64,000 bases of DNA from a virus, in the IMG/VR virus record IMGVR_UViG_3300024299_000001, positions 67,275 to 131,274 of that record; one strand, given 5' to 3'. The notes beneath the pieces were generated by a model that saw only the letters and a program-made list of their open reading frames with translations, was not told where the DNA came from and made no database searches. The position numbers and the translations under genes are program-made. Positions 1-9,304 of this stretch are shown piece by piece. How positions within the stretch are numbered: position 1 is the stretch's first letter; every line of letters begins with the position of its first letter.

Positions 1-2912
1 AATAAAGTTTTTTCAGATGGCTCAGACTCAGAAAATGCCGACGCGTCGTCAGCATTTTCTTCGGGTTTAGAGCCATCTTCTTTCTTTGGTTTCTTTTCAG
101 TTGCATGCTTTGTTCTAAGTACTGCTTCAATTTCTTGTCTTCTGTCAGTATTAGTTTTTTCAGTATTCTGATAAAGAGTTTGTAATTCCGCTTTGGTCAT
201 TTCTTCTAATGTTAAGAATGTTTCAGATTCATCCTGACCAAAAAAAGTATCTTCCTCTTCAACTACAAAATCTTCTTGTACTGGTGTAGTTGTTTCAATA
301 TCTTGGTCTGTTTTATAGGCTTTTAAACCTAATTCTTGTGCTGTTGCAGTAAGAACTTTACCTGTATTTGTTTTTATTTCAATACTATAACCAGTAACAG
401 TTTTTACCCCATTAACTATACTGAAGCTATCTGGAATCACATTACCAGTTACCTGAGCTTTAAAGGTACCAGTGTATTTAGGAAAATCAACAGTAACCCA
501 TTTTCCTTTATTTGTTTTAACTAAAGAAGTTATTTCTTGCTCAGCACTCAAAGGTTGTTCATTACTTCCGACTTCCTCTGAGGAAACATCTTCCGCTGTC
601 GCTGCAGAAATTTCCTCCTCCTCAGTCTCAGACTGAACAACCTTTTCGGCAGTAGGCTGAGCTTGGGGAGGGGTGATCATATCCTGTGCAACTGAAAGAG
701 CTTCAGACAGAGAATCAGCCTCACGCTCCATGGATTGAATTGAAGCTTCAAAGTTTGTATTAAAGTCATAATCGGCATTATAACCAATTGATGCACGTTC
801 AGTGTTCAGTTGTTCTAAGAATTTCTGATCAGCCGCAGAGAATGTTTTAATGACTGCTTCTTGTTCTTCAGTTGTTTTAGCTTTTGCTTTAATTACTGCA
901 TCCTGAAGTCTACGAAATAAATCAGCTTTAATGGCATGTCTTTCAGTGAATGCCTGAAGATCTGATAACTGAGATTTAGCTAATTTGGTGTCCTTATTTT
1001 GTGTTGCAATGGCTATGGATTGCAGGTAGCCCTTGATACCTTTAAATTTATCTTTGATTCTACCATTGATAATATCTTGGTTCACCTGCACAGATGTCTT
1101 GTTTATAGGGCTTTTTTGGCCCTCTAGAGTCGCTTTGGCACTTTTCTGATAGGAGAGTATGCGTTTGAACTTAACCTTCGTTATATCGTCTATTTTGGGG
1201 TTATTCAGGACCTCATTGATATCAGCATCTGTAAAATCACCTTTTGAACCAAAAACAGTAAGAATAGCTTCCTGGATCTTAACAGAATCAGAACCCTTAA
1301 GAATTGTCTTAACTTCTTTGAGTTTCTCAGGTGAAGCAGTCTCTTCTCGGCCCATACTATCGATGACCGGTACTATCTGATCTATGATGGCTTTAGAGGC
1401 CATGGCTTGTTTCATTGCAGAGACGGCTAACTCACCCTCTTCTTTAGTAAGTTCTCTTTCTTCTTTAATTGCCTGGTACTTCTGTACTTCTTTAATTTGT
1501 TCCTGGAATTCAGCATCTACTGCATTATGGATCTCTATTGCTTTATCATGATTGGTTATTTTAACCGATGGATCCAGATCTTTCTTTTGATTAATCTGTT
1601 GTAATGCTTCAGCTGCCAATACAGGATTATCTTTATGCATGGAAATGTCTTCTGTTTCAACAGCAGCTGATAATTTATCTTCATAACCTAATTGTGCTTT
1701 AGGATTCGCTTTAACCCTGAGAGCTTTACGTTCTGCTTTACGTTCAGTAGATTCTTGCTGTTCCTGTTCTGACCGAGTAAATACTCCGCCTACACTGGTA
1801 ACCGGTCCACCAAGTGAACCAAGCATACCAGCATCAAACTGTTCTTTACGAGATTCAGCAGAGAAAGGATTCTTACCAGTACCCCATTGTTCAATGGCTG
1901 TTTGCGCGTACTCTTCAGCAAATTCAACAGGAGCAACTTTACCTGCGGTTACACCAACTCTGGTAGCTTTGCCGGCCACACCACTTACTTTTTTACCTAA
2001 TCCACCAATGGTACTGAGGCCACCTTTTAAAGCTTTTACATTAAACAGTAAATCTAAGTATTCAACTGCTCCGGCCAGTCCAGTAGCAATTCCAGCTTTC
2101 TGGATTTGTTTCCAGGTTACATCTGCTTCCTGGGATAGAGTACCAAATATCTCACCACCCTCTAAACCAAAACCAGCAGAGGCCATACCAATATGGGTAC
2201 CAGCTTTACTGGTTACAGAAGATATTGCTAATTTAGATACTGAATCAGTTGCAGCAACTTTAGCAATGTTTTCAGTAGTTACTTTAGCACCTTGAGTAAT
2301 TAATTGCTGTTTAGCTATCCGATCAGCTTCTTTCTTAACTAAACCACCCATAAGCTTACTAATTGCTTTTTTACCAGTAAGCTCCACACCGGTTTTAATA
2401 ATACCACTACCAACCAACAAGCTAGTTAATTGCCCGGCCACATAACCCGAACCATGGGAGAACCAAGAAACTAATGCTTTCCAATCGCCTTCTTTAGCTT
2501 TTTCATAAGAGTAAGTAAAAGAATCTTCTGGTTGGGCGCCCACACCAATGTCTTGTTCAATTTTATGATACTTACCAGCAGCCGCTTCTTTAATCTTGGT
2601 AGCAATACCACCTTCCCCTACAATCTTTTCAGCCACAAGAGCACCGCCAGCTACTACACCTGAAGCTAACATAGGAATGCCCTTAACTGATTCTACAACA
2701 CCCCGAGCTGCTGCTTCAGGAAGAGTCTCTTTATAAGGGATTAAAGGCTGATTAGGTTCTTGAAAAGTGTTAACACTGCTTCGTAACTGTGCTTCCATAG
2801 TTGCAGTATCAAATTGCTTTTCTGCTGTTTTACTATTCAATATATCTATCTTAGCTTGAAGAGTATTTTGAAGATCAATACCTTTTTGCGGAGCAAGCTC
2901 TGGATCAAACAT
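1..2912 (-). CDS. Large virion protein, N-terminal ~970 codons only (3' end lies beyond window start); occupies the position of N4 gp50 virion RNA polymerase
   Basis: Open minus-strand frame from ATG at 2912 (AGGA upstream) toward the window edge. I hand-translated it and re-checked the segments at 1-120 and ~480-560; no stop seen. Absent from the ORF track because there is no stop in the window. It directly follows the gp51-55-like structural genes, as in N4. The sequence is acidic and coiled-coil rich; no polymerase motifs are visible in this part. Confidence 0.45.
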   Translation of the reverse strand, partial: MFDPELAPQKGIDLQNTLQAKIDILNSKTAEKQFDTATMEAQLRSSVNTFQEPNQPLIPYKETLPEAAARGVVESVKGIPMLASGVVAGGALVAEKIVGEGGIATKIKEAAAGKYHKIEQDIGVGAQPEDSFTYSYEKAKEGDWKALVSWFSHGSGYVAGQLTSLLVGSGIIKTGVELTGKKAISKLMGGLVKKEADRIAKQQLITQGAKVTTENIAKVAATDSVSKLAISSVTSKAGTHIGMASAGFGLEGGEIFGTLSQEADVTWKQIQKAGIATGLAGAVEYLDLLFNVKALKGGLSTIGGLGKKVSGVAGKATRVGVTAGKVAPVEFAEEYAQTAIEQWGTGKNPFSAESRKEQFDAGMLGSLGGPVTSVGGVFTRSEQEQQESTERKAERKALRVKANPKAQLGYEDKLSAAVETEDISMHKDNPVLAAEALQQINQKKDLDPSVKITNHDKAIEIHNAVDAEFQEQIKEVQKYQAIKEERELTKEEGELAVSAMKQAMASKAIIDQIVPVIDSMGREETASPEKLKEVKTILKGSDSVKIQEAILTVFGSKGDFTDADINEVLNNPKIDDITKVKFKRILSYQKSAKATLEGQKSPINKTSVQVNQDIINGRIKDKFKGIKGYLQSIAIATQNKDTKLAKSQLSDLQAFTERHAIKADLFRRLQDAVIKAKAKTTEEQEAVIKTFSAADQKFLEQLNTERASIGYNADYDFNTNFEASIQSMEREADSLSEALSVAQDMITPPQAQPTAEKVVQSETEEEEISAATAEDVSSEEVGSNEQPLSAEQEITSLVKTNKGKWVTVDFPKYTGTFKAQVTGNVIPDSFSIVNGVKTVTGYSIEIKTNTGKVLTATAQELGLKAYKTDQDIETTTPVQEDFVVEEEDTFFGQDESETFLTLEEMTKAELQTLYQNTEKTNTDRRQEIEAVLRTKHATEKKPKKEDGSKPEENADDASAFSESEPSEKTL

Positions 2913-2920
2913 AAGACATC

Positions 2921-4768
2921 CTATTTATTAAGATTAACCGGAAGTGCTCGTAAAAATGAGTCTCTATCTTTTTTTAAACGGCGGGAAGTTCCTTTTGTAA
3001 AGTCCCCACTTTTAAGTTTTTTAATTATTTCAACAGGAGCTCCTGTATGGGTAACACCCCCGAGTTTTTTTATAGTTTTTTCAAATTCTACTGCTGACAT
3101 TTGTTTTATATCTTTGGTTAGTTGATCCCCAACTTGTTTTGAAATAGCAGAATTGTTCTCTAAGGCTCTCTTAAAAGCAGCTTTAGCCTCTATCAAAGAT
3201 TGCTTTTGCAAAGTAGGCGAAGATTCATTAGGAAGTTTTGAAAAAGCTGTACTCATTTGTTCAACAAATGAACCATTATTGACAGTACCAGAAAGGTTTC
3301 CTTTTCGTTGTTCTTGTCTCCAACCTAGTAATGCACCACTCTTTGCAACTGCAGCTTTTTCAAGTTCTCTTTTTAAACTTTTAGAGTCTGTAATTATTTG
3401 TTGTCTAATAGCTTTACCATCATTATATTGCCTCATTCGAGCTCTAATTGTGGCATCTAAAGCTTTTGGGGCTACTCCTTTTGCTCCACCAAAACCATAA
3501 CTATCTCCAACAGAATCCTGATAAGCCAACCAGAGTAAACTATTTGCATCAACATCATTAATACCAGGAAGACTTCTTAATTGCTGTAATTTATTATTTA
3601 AAATAGAACTAACAGTACCTGGGCTAGTTTTTAAAGCGCTCCACCAATCAGAAGGTTCGACTTTTCCTGTTTTTGTGAGACTCTTCATAATCTCGCCTAC
3701 CATACCACCATCCTGCAATACTGTTTTTTCAGCAAATGTTTTTGTATTCTCATCAAGCCCAGTAACATTACTTAATTGTTGCTTTAAAGAATCTATATGC
3801 GCAGTAGCATCTGCTTGTTGTTGTGTAAGCTGTGAATCAGCTTCTAATTTAAGCTGATTATACATTTCTTCTTGAGGACCTTTAAGTTTTTGTTTTTGCT
3901 TTGCATAACCTAGAGCCATGTTAGAAGCAGCTATTTGCTGAGTACCATTAAGGTTTGCTTTTTTAGCACCAACTTGTACTGCTTGTGCAGGATCCATACC
4001 ATTATTAATATTTTTTAAAAAATCAGTGTTGAAAGCGTTAAGAGCTACTCTATCAGCTTCTTGTCTCTGATAAATACTTTCTGTTCTATTTGCTGACATT
4101 TCTTGAGTGAGCTTTTGCTGGACAACATCCCAATTAGCCTTAATCCCTTGTTGTTTACCCGCATCAATGGTTTCTTGAATTTTTGCTGGAGAAGTTATTG
4201 GTCCTGTATTTAATAAGAAAGTGTCTGTAGCATCTTTTCTTTCTTTATTAAATTTATTCTGTAATACCCCAGCTCCTTGTTCCCACTTAGAAGCCTGTTG
4301 CAGTGCCCAGTCATTATCAGCGCCTTTAGCAATCAAATTTTCATATACAGCCTTTGAACCAAGAGTAATATCCTTACCATCGTTGGCTGCTTGAGTACCA
4401 ATTCCAGAGGCAATACTAAGTGCATCAGCCCTTAGATCAGTACGTTGCTTGGCTACATTTTTAGTAAGCTTATCAAAGTTCGCCATCTTACCGTACTGTT
4501 GTTCTATAGTACCAATATCAAACCGACCTGCATCTTCTGCTTGGTTCAACTCACCAAGAGATTTTAACTTTTGTAAGTTAGCTTGGATACCAGTATCAAC
4601 ATTTTCTCCTTGTTGAATAAAATTCTCTTCCTGGAGTTTTTGATGATCGGTAAGTATTTTTTTAAAAGGATCAAACCCACTAATAATATCTTCATTAGCA
4701 TCACCTATTGCTTCCAGTGGGCCTTCAAAGGAGGGTGCATTTACATTCCGCCAAGTAATCTGAGCCAT
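2921..4768 (-). CDS. Virion/ejection-module structural protein, coiled-coil rich
   Basis: 615-aa ORF in the capsid-to-vRNAP block; Q/K/E-rich heptad-like segments; position only. Confidence 0.35.
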   Translation of the reverse strand: MAQITWRNVNAPSFEGPLEAIGDANEDIISGFDPFKKILTDHQKLQEENFIQQGENVDTGIQANLQKLKSLGELNQAEDAGRFDIGTIEQQYGKMANFDKLTKNVAKQRTDLRADALSIASGIGTQAANDGKDITLGSKAVYENLIAKGADNDWALQQASKWEQGAGVLQNKFNKERKDATDTFLLNTGPITSPAKIQETIDAGKQQGIKANWDVVQQKLTQEMSANRTESIYQRQEADRVALNAFNTDFLKNINNGMDPAQAVQVGAKKANLNGTQQIAASNMALGYAKQKQKLKGPQEEMYNQLKLEADSQLTQQQADATAHIDSLKQQLSNVTGLDENTKTFAEKTVLQDGGMVGEIMKSLTKTGKVEPSDWWSALKTSPGTVSSILNNKLQQLRSLPGINDVDANSLLWLAYQDSVGDSYGFGGAKGVAPKALDATIRARMRQYNDGKAIRQQIITDSKSLKRELEKAAVAKSGALLGWRQEQRKGNLSGTVNNGSFVEQMSTAFSKLPNESSPTLQKQSLIEAKAAFKRALENNSAISKQVGDQLTKDIKQMSAVEFEKTIKKLGGVTHTGAPVEIIKKLKSGDFTKGTSRRLKKDRDSFLRALPVNLNK

Positions 4769-4781
4769 TTTGTCCCCCTAC

Positions 4782-5291
4782 TTAGATATTAATAGTTTTT
4801 TTCTGGTAAGAAGCATTGGCTAGTTTTCTTGCATTTTCACGCCAATTAAAATCTGCCTCAACTAATTGTTTCTGAGCAGCATAGTTTTTATTGAATGCTT
4901 GCTTCTGGAAGTTAAAAGAATCTTCAGCCAGTCCTAGTTTCTTCAAACCAAGATAAACTTTAGCTCCCCCTTCAAGAGCATCAAATGCTCCACCAGCCCA
5001 ACTACCATGTTTCATTTTAGTAAGAGGATCTTGGTATCCGCCAAGGTGTTCCATACCAGTAGCTCTATATCTGCCAAACTCATCAACACCTCCTTTACCC
5101 CAAAACTTAAATCCATCGTAGTCAGGAAGATTAAGAGGATTAGTGTTAAGATTTGCTAAATCTCCTAAACCAAAACCTTGATTAACAAAATTCTGATTCT
5201 GAGAAGACCCATATGTTTTGCCCACATCGGTTTTAAATAAATTTTCATCTATATCAAAATCAAAATTAAATTGATCGTTATTGTTTACCAT
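4782..5291 (-). CDS. Hypothetical virion-module protein
   Basis: 169-aa ORF tightly packed in the late operon. Confidence 0.3.
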   Translation of the reverse strand: MVNNNDQFNFDFDIDENLFKTDVGKTYGSSQNQNFVNQGFGLGDLANLNTNPLNLPDYDGFKFWGKGGVDEFGRYRATGMEHLGGYQDPLTKMKHGSWAGGAFDALEGGAKVYLGLKKLGLAEDSFNFQKQAFNKNYAAQKQLVEADFNWRENARKLANASYQKKTINI

Positions 5292-5326
5292 AGTCAGTCC
5301 CCTTATTAAAATTTATTTATTTATTA

Positions 5327-7543
5327 TTAACCTATATTTGCCATATTAGCAAAAGCATAATTATTTGGTTCAGGTAATTTTAAAGACATATCAAAAAAAT
5401 TAGGTACGATATCATGTGCAACAACAGTACCTATATTGCCTGCATGAATTGTGTACTCATAAAACTTTTCTGGATCTGTTATAGGATGCTGTAATAACCT
5501 GGCTGATTGTGCCATTAAAAGATTCTCAGCCAATAAATTAGGTTCAAGTTCTTCTTGAATAAGTGCTAATTCATCCCATTGCTTTTCTGCAGCCAATAAG
5601 AAATTATCATACTCTTGCTTTAGGTTTTCTAACTGACCGGCTATAAACTCATTACTCTTATTTAACAATGCAGGAACCATGGATAATAATATATCAGAAG
5701 TAAGCATGTCTTTACCGAATACAGATATACCAGAACTGGAGGGCCCTTTAAATGCTGTAATAGCAAAAATAAGAATTGCTAAAATTGCAGCACCTTCTGG
5801 CCCAATGGCTTCTACAATAAGCTGTACACCATAATTTAAAGCTACTCCAAAAACAACTTGAGGTAGGATAAAATTAATAACGGCCATATAACCTGCCGAA
5901 GCTGCAGTAGCAAGATCTAACAACCAAGGCTGAGCAGACCATAATGCAAAAGCAAGAGATGCAAATAAAAAGATAAATTTAAACAAACTAGATTCATACC
6001 ATTTAAGCTTAACAACATCTACAGCATTAATAACCAGTATAAGTGCTTCTTGATAAAGTTGATTTTGCATTATCTTATTCATATTGAAAGATACACCGTA
6101 ATGCACTGGTACAATAAAGTTTAAATTATCTGCATCATCGATTACATCATTAAGGTAAGTATTAACTGAATGCCCGGTCCATATGTCATTATTATGTCTG
6201 GGAGCGTATACAGTTACTTCTTTATATAAATTAGCTTCTGTCTGTAATTTGAAGACTACTTTAGAATTATCATCCCAAGAGCTTAAATTATAAACATCAC
6301 CAACAGTATTCCGGGTAAACGTCTTAGTAGCAGTGCCAATAGCCCCAATTGAACCAACAATAAAAACTGTAGTAATATATAAGAATTCAATTTTAAGTTT
6401 AAGGCCATACTCCACAAGAGAGGTATTCATGGTGTAGGTTTGTTTAGTATTAACATTTACTGTTGAATCTCCATTAAGAATATCATCCACATGGGTCCAA
6501 GCAGTAGCAGTTGTTAAGGCACCAATATGTTCAAAGAATTCTCCAAGGTACCAGATGCCTGCATTACTGGTAGTCTGCATATTAACCCCAAACATTACAT
6601 AAGCATGATCAATATCATCTTTATCTGGGTTATCATTTATTTGGGTCGCAATCTCATCAATATCTAATTTTATTTTCTTTAGTAAAGCTTTACCGGTAAT
6701 ATATTGTTGAGTACTCTGATAGGGTGCAGAAGTTAGATCAATATTTACTCTTCTAATAGGAACCACTGGCATAAAATCAGTAGAAGTTTGTATTGTAACG
6801 GTACCACTTAAAGCTGGATGTGTGCCATCGGAAAGTTTATATGCCCACCATTTGAGTGGCAGGGTCGTTGCGCCACCAGCATCCAGCTCGTAATAAGAGG
6901 CCATACAGTATTCAGCACCTAATTCATAGCTGGAACTGATTACCTGGTCTTCATTGTAATAAGTAGCAGGATCTGATTCAACGGTAGCATTAGCCTTTGA
7001 GTGGAGAACAACGTAAGAGGTTAGAATTTTATAAGTAATGGTAACTGTAACATTATCTGCAGCTAAAGACAGTTCATACAAAGTGACTTTATTAATTGCT
7101 AAGGCACCAGTGGAACTAACAGTAGGAATAGTCATTCCTGCAGGAAAGGTAGTTATTTCTTGAGTTAAATAATCATAGGTTCGGTCAGCAGTTAAAAATG
7201 GTAGAACAAGATAGTAGATCGATAAAGGATCTGTGAAGTATGCTTCAACTTGTACTCCAAGGGGTAAGATCATATCAGTAACAATTGCAGCTGCAACATC
7301 AGCTTTAGGGGCGGTAAATAAAGTATCAGTAGTTCCTTGTGGTAAACCAAGAGTATAAAACTGTTCAGCATAGCCCATAAAGCCGGCTACTTTGGTGGCC
7401 ATACCACCTAGTACAATATTAGTTAAACTGTTGCTTATATTGTTGCCAGATAAAACGGCAGAAAGGACAGCATTCTCTACAGGAGAATTATCAGGCTCCA
7501 TAAGCTGCATTGTTGCGGTTGCTACTGTAACTCTAGTTGCCAT
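5327..7543 (-). CDS. Virion-module protein with C-terminal cluster of transmembrane helices
   Basis: 738-aa ORF. Hydrophobic run FKFIFLFASLAFALW...VINFILPQVVFGVAL...AILAILIFAITAF near the C-terminus. Confidence 0.35.
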   Translation of the reverse strand: MATRVTVATATMQLMEPDNSPVENAVLSAVLSGNNISNSLTNIVLGGMATKVAGFMGYAEQFYTLGLPQGTTDTLFTAPKADVAAAIVTDMILPLGVQVEAYFTDPLSIYYLVLPFLTADRTYDYLTQEITTFPAGMTIPTVSSTGALAINKVTLYELSLAADNVTVTITYKILTSYVVLHSKANATVESDPATYYNEDQVISSSYELGAEYCMASYYELDAGGATTLPLKWWAYKLSDGTHPALSGTVTIQTSTDFMPVVPIRRVNIDLTSAPYQSTQQYITGKALLKKIKLDIDEIATQINDNPDKDDIDHAYVMFGVNMQTTSNAGIWYLGEFFEHIGALTTATAWTHVDDILNGDSTVNVNTKQTYTMNTSLVEYGLKLKIEFLYITTVFIVGSIGAIGTATKTFTRNTVGDVYNLSSWDDNSKVVFKLQTEANLYKEVTVYAPRHNNDIWTGHSVNTYLNDVIDDADNLNFIVPVHYGVSFNMNKIMQNQLYQEALILVINAVDVVKLKWYESSLFKFIFLFASLAFALWSAQPWLLDLATAASAGYMAVINFILPQVVFGVALNYGVQLIVEAIGPEGAAILAILIFAITAFKGPSSSGISVFGKDMLTSDILLSMVPALLNKSNEFIAGQLENLKQEYDNFLLAAEKQWDELALIQEELEPNLLAENLLMAQSARLLQHPITDPEKFYEYTIHAGNIGTVVAHDIVPNFFDMSLKLPEPNNYAFANMANIG

Positions 7544-7556
7544 AAGCTCCTACAGT

Positions 7557-7581
7557 AATGGGGGCTAATTAAGCCCCCATT
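7557..7581. other. Perfect 10-bp hairpin (AATGGGGGCT/AGCCCCCATT) between two structural genes, no U-tract
   Basis: Inverted repeat read directly; possible RNA stability or processing element. Confidence 0.3.
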
Positions 7582-7587
7582 AGTTAA

Positions 7588-8622
7588 TTAAGGAATTGGT
7601 GTAACATTTGCCCCAGCCAGAAGAACATCCAACATTGCACCAAGATTAGGATCATCTAAACGATTGGCTGATTTAACTGTACCAACACCCATAGTAGCAG
7701 AAACTGACCAAGCATCAACCATAAGCTTAGCTGCTTTCTGTTCTGCATCCCGAGTAAATCCATCAGTCTGAGCTTGGAATAAAGCTTTCTGTTTACCAAT
7801 AACACCAGCAACAATTGCAGCACTAACAGTAAGATCTTGGATCTGGGCTAATTCAGTTGCTTTTTTCTGATCAAGTAAGTTCTTTTCAGATAGAATTTTC
7901 TCTCTCTGAGGATATGCTAAACCTTCAATAACAGTAACAGAGTTCATCTGTCCTAAAGTAGCTGGTTTAGAGTCACTAGTATTAGATAATTCAGTTACAA
8001 TTTTCTGTTCTGTTAGAGCTACATCCATCTCTTGTTGTTGTTTTTTATATTCAGCAAAACCACCAAGGTTATCATTTCCATTATATCCGTATCCAGCAGC
8101 TTTAGCTGTAACAAGACTGTCGCCAGTTTGGACCAATTCAGTAATAATCTTCTGACCAAGTAAATCCTTCTCAGCAGTAGCAGTAGTAGTCTGAGCAGTT
8201 GCTAAAGCTAATTGCTGGGTAACCAGAGCCTTTTGATCAGCAACTACTCCTTCAACAGCAGTCGTACCATTAAAACCAAGATTAAGTAATATAGTATCAT
8301 CAGTCTGAGCAAGCTCAGTAACAGTCTTCTGTCTTACCAAGCCAATCTCTGCCCTGATCCGTTGGCCATTCTGATGGCTGTCAAGGAAAGCAATTGATTG
8401 CTGCATAACAGCGCTAAGAGCCCCTAAATATACTTTGGAGTACTCATCACCAGTAATACGGTCATTGTTGTATTCATCAAGCAAATGGAGCTTAACAACA
8501 GCCATTAGCTTATCAAATACACCGGTACCAGTAATGCTGCTGGTAGTTAACTGCTCAACATCTGGTTCATCCAGACTAACATTTGGTTCTACTTCAATTG
8601 GATCAAGGGTTAAGTTTGCCAT
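7588..8622 (-). CDS. Virion-module protein with four internal QK-x-(V/I)TEL-x-QT-x-D repeats
   Basis: The protein contains RQKTVTELAQTDD, GQKIITELVQTGD, EQKIVTELSNTSD and DQKKATELAQIQD. Confidence 0.35.
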   Translation of the reverse strand: MANLTLDPIEVEPNVSLDEPDVEQLTTSSITGTGVFDKLMAVVKLHLLDEYNNDRITGDEYSKVYLGALSAVMQQSIAFLDSHQNGQRIRAEIGLVRQKTVTELAQTDDTILLNLGFNGTTAVEGVVADQKALVTQQLALATAQTTTATAEKDLLGQKIITELVQTGDSLVTAKAAGYGYNGNDNLGGFAEYKKQQQEMDVALTEQKIVTELSNTSDSKPATLGQMNSVTVIEGLAYPQREKILSEKNLLDQKKATELAQIQDLTVSAAIVAGVIGKQKALFQAQTDGFTRDAEQKAAKLMVDAWSVSATMGVGTVKSANRLDDPNLGAMLDVLLAGANVTPIP

Positions 8623-8631
8623 TTATGACTC

Positions 8632-9198
8632 CTAATCTTCTATTCTATTACCCATCGCCTGGCGTTGGGCTAGGTCTTTCAGTTCTTGTGGAGTTAAGGG
8701 ATCTAAAATTTCAATTGCAAATTCTTTAACCAAATGGCCTCTTTTCTGTTTCTGGCCATTGGGTAGTTTAATTTCTTTAAAAGCCTGGTATTTTCGTTCC
8801 TGCACCAATCTTAAAATAGCTGCTGGTACATGATATCCGACTTCAGTATTAAAAGGAACAAACTTTTTAATAGTACCAATAACTCGATTACTGATACTAA
8901 GTATTTCTCCAGGCCAATCTTTTTTGTTTGGATTCATGCATGTTAAATTTATACGAACTAACCGGTTTGCTGTTTTTCTCAACCGGGTATTACTTTCCGC
9001 TTTACGGGTTGCTTCTGATTTCTGTTTAAATCGAGGCTTGGGTTTCTGTACAACCATCTCTTCTACTTCTTCTTCCGAGTTGAGTACTGCATTGAGTTTT
9101 TCTTTCAAAGACTTTACTCCAATTGAAGGATGAAATTTAATACCCATTAGTGTTGCTCTATCTTTTAAAAGACTTAATTCTGTTGCTTGCTTTGCCAT
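8632..9198 (-). CDS. Hypothetical basic protein downstream of the capsid gene
   Basis: 188-aa ORF in the late operon. Confidence 0.3.
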   Translation of the reverse strand: MAKQATELSLLKDRATLMGIKFHPSIGVKSLKEKLNAVLNSEEEVEEMVVQKPKPRFKQKSEATRKAESNTRLRKTANRLVRINLTCMNPNKKDWPGEILSISNRVIGTIKKFVPFNTEVGYHVPAAILRLVQERKYQAFKEIKLPNGQKQKRGHLVKEFAIEILDPLTPQELKDLAQRQAMGNRIED

Positions 9199-9228
9199 TT
9201 GTCCACCTTTATTTGTGTCAGGTTACTG

Positions 9229-9263
9229 TTAAAGAAACTCTTCCCCTAATTAAAGGGGAAGAG
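9229..9263 (-). terminator. Rho-independent terminator after the major capsid gene
   Basis: 10-bp stem CTCTTCCCCT/AGGGGAAGAG with a 6-nt loop, followed on the minus strand by TTTCTTT. Confidence 0.6.
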
Positions 9264-9304
9264 AGTAAATTACATTTTACTCAACACTTAGTGTCAAGTT
9301 GATT

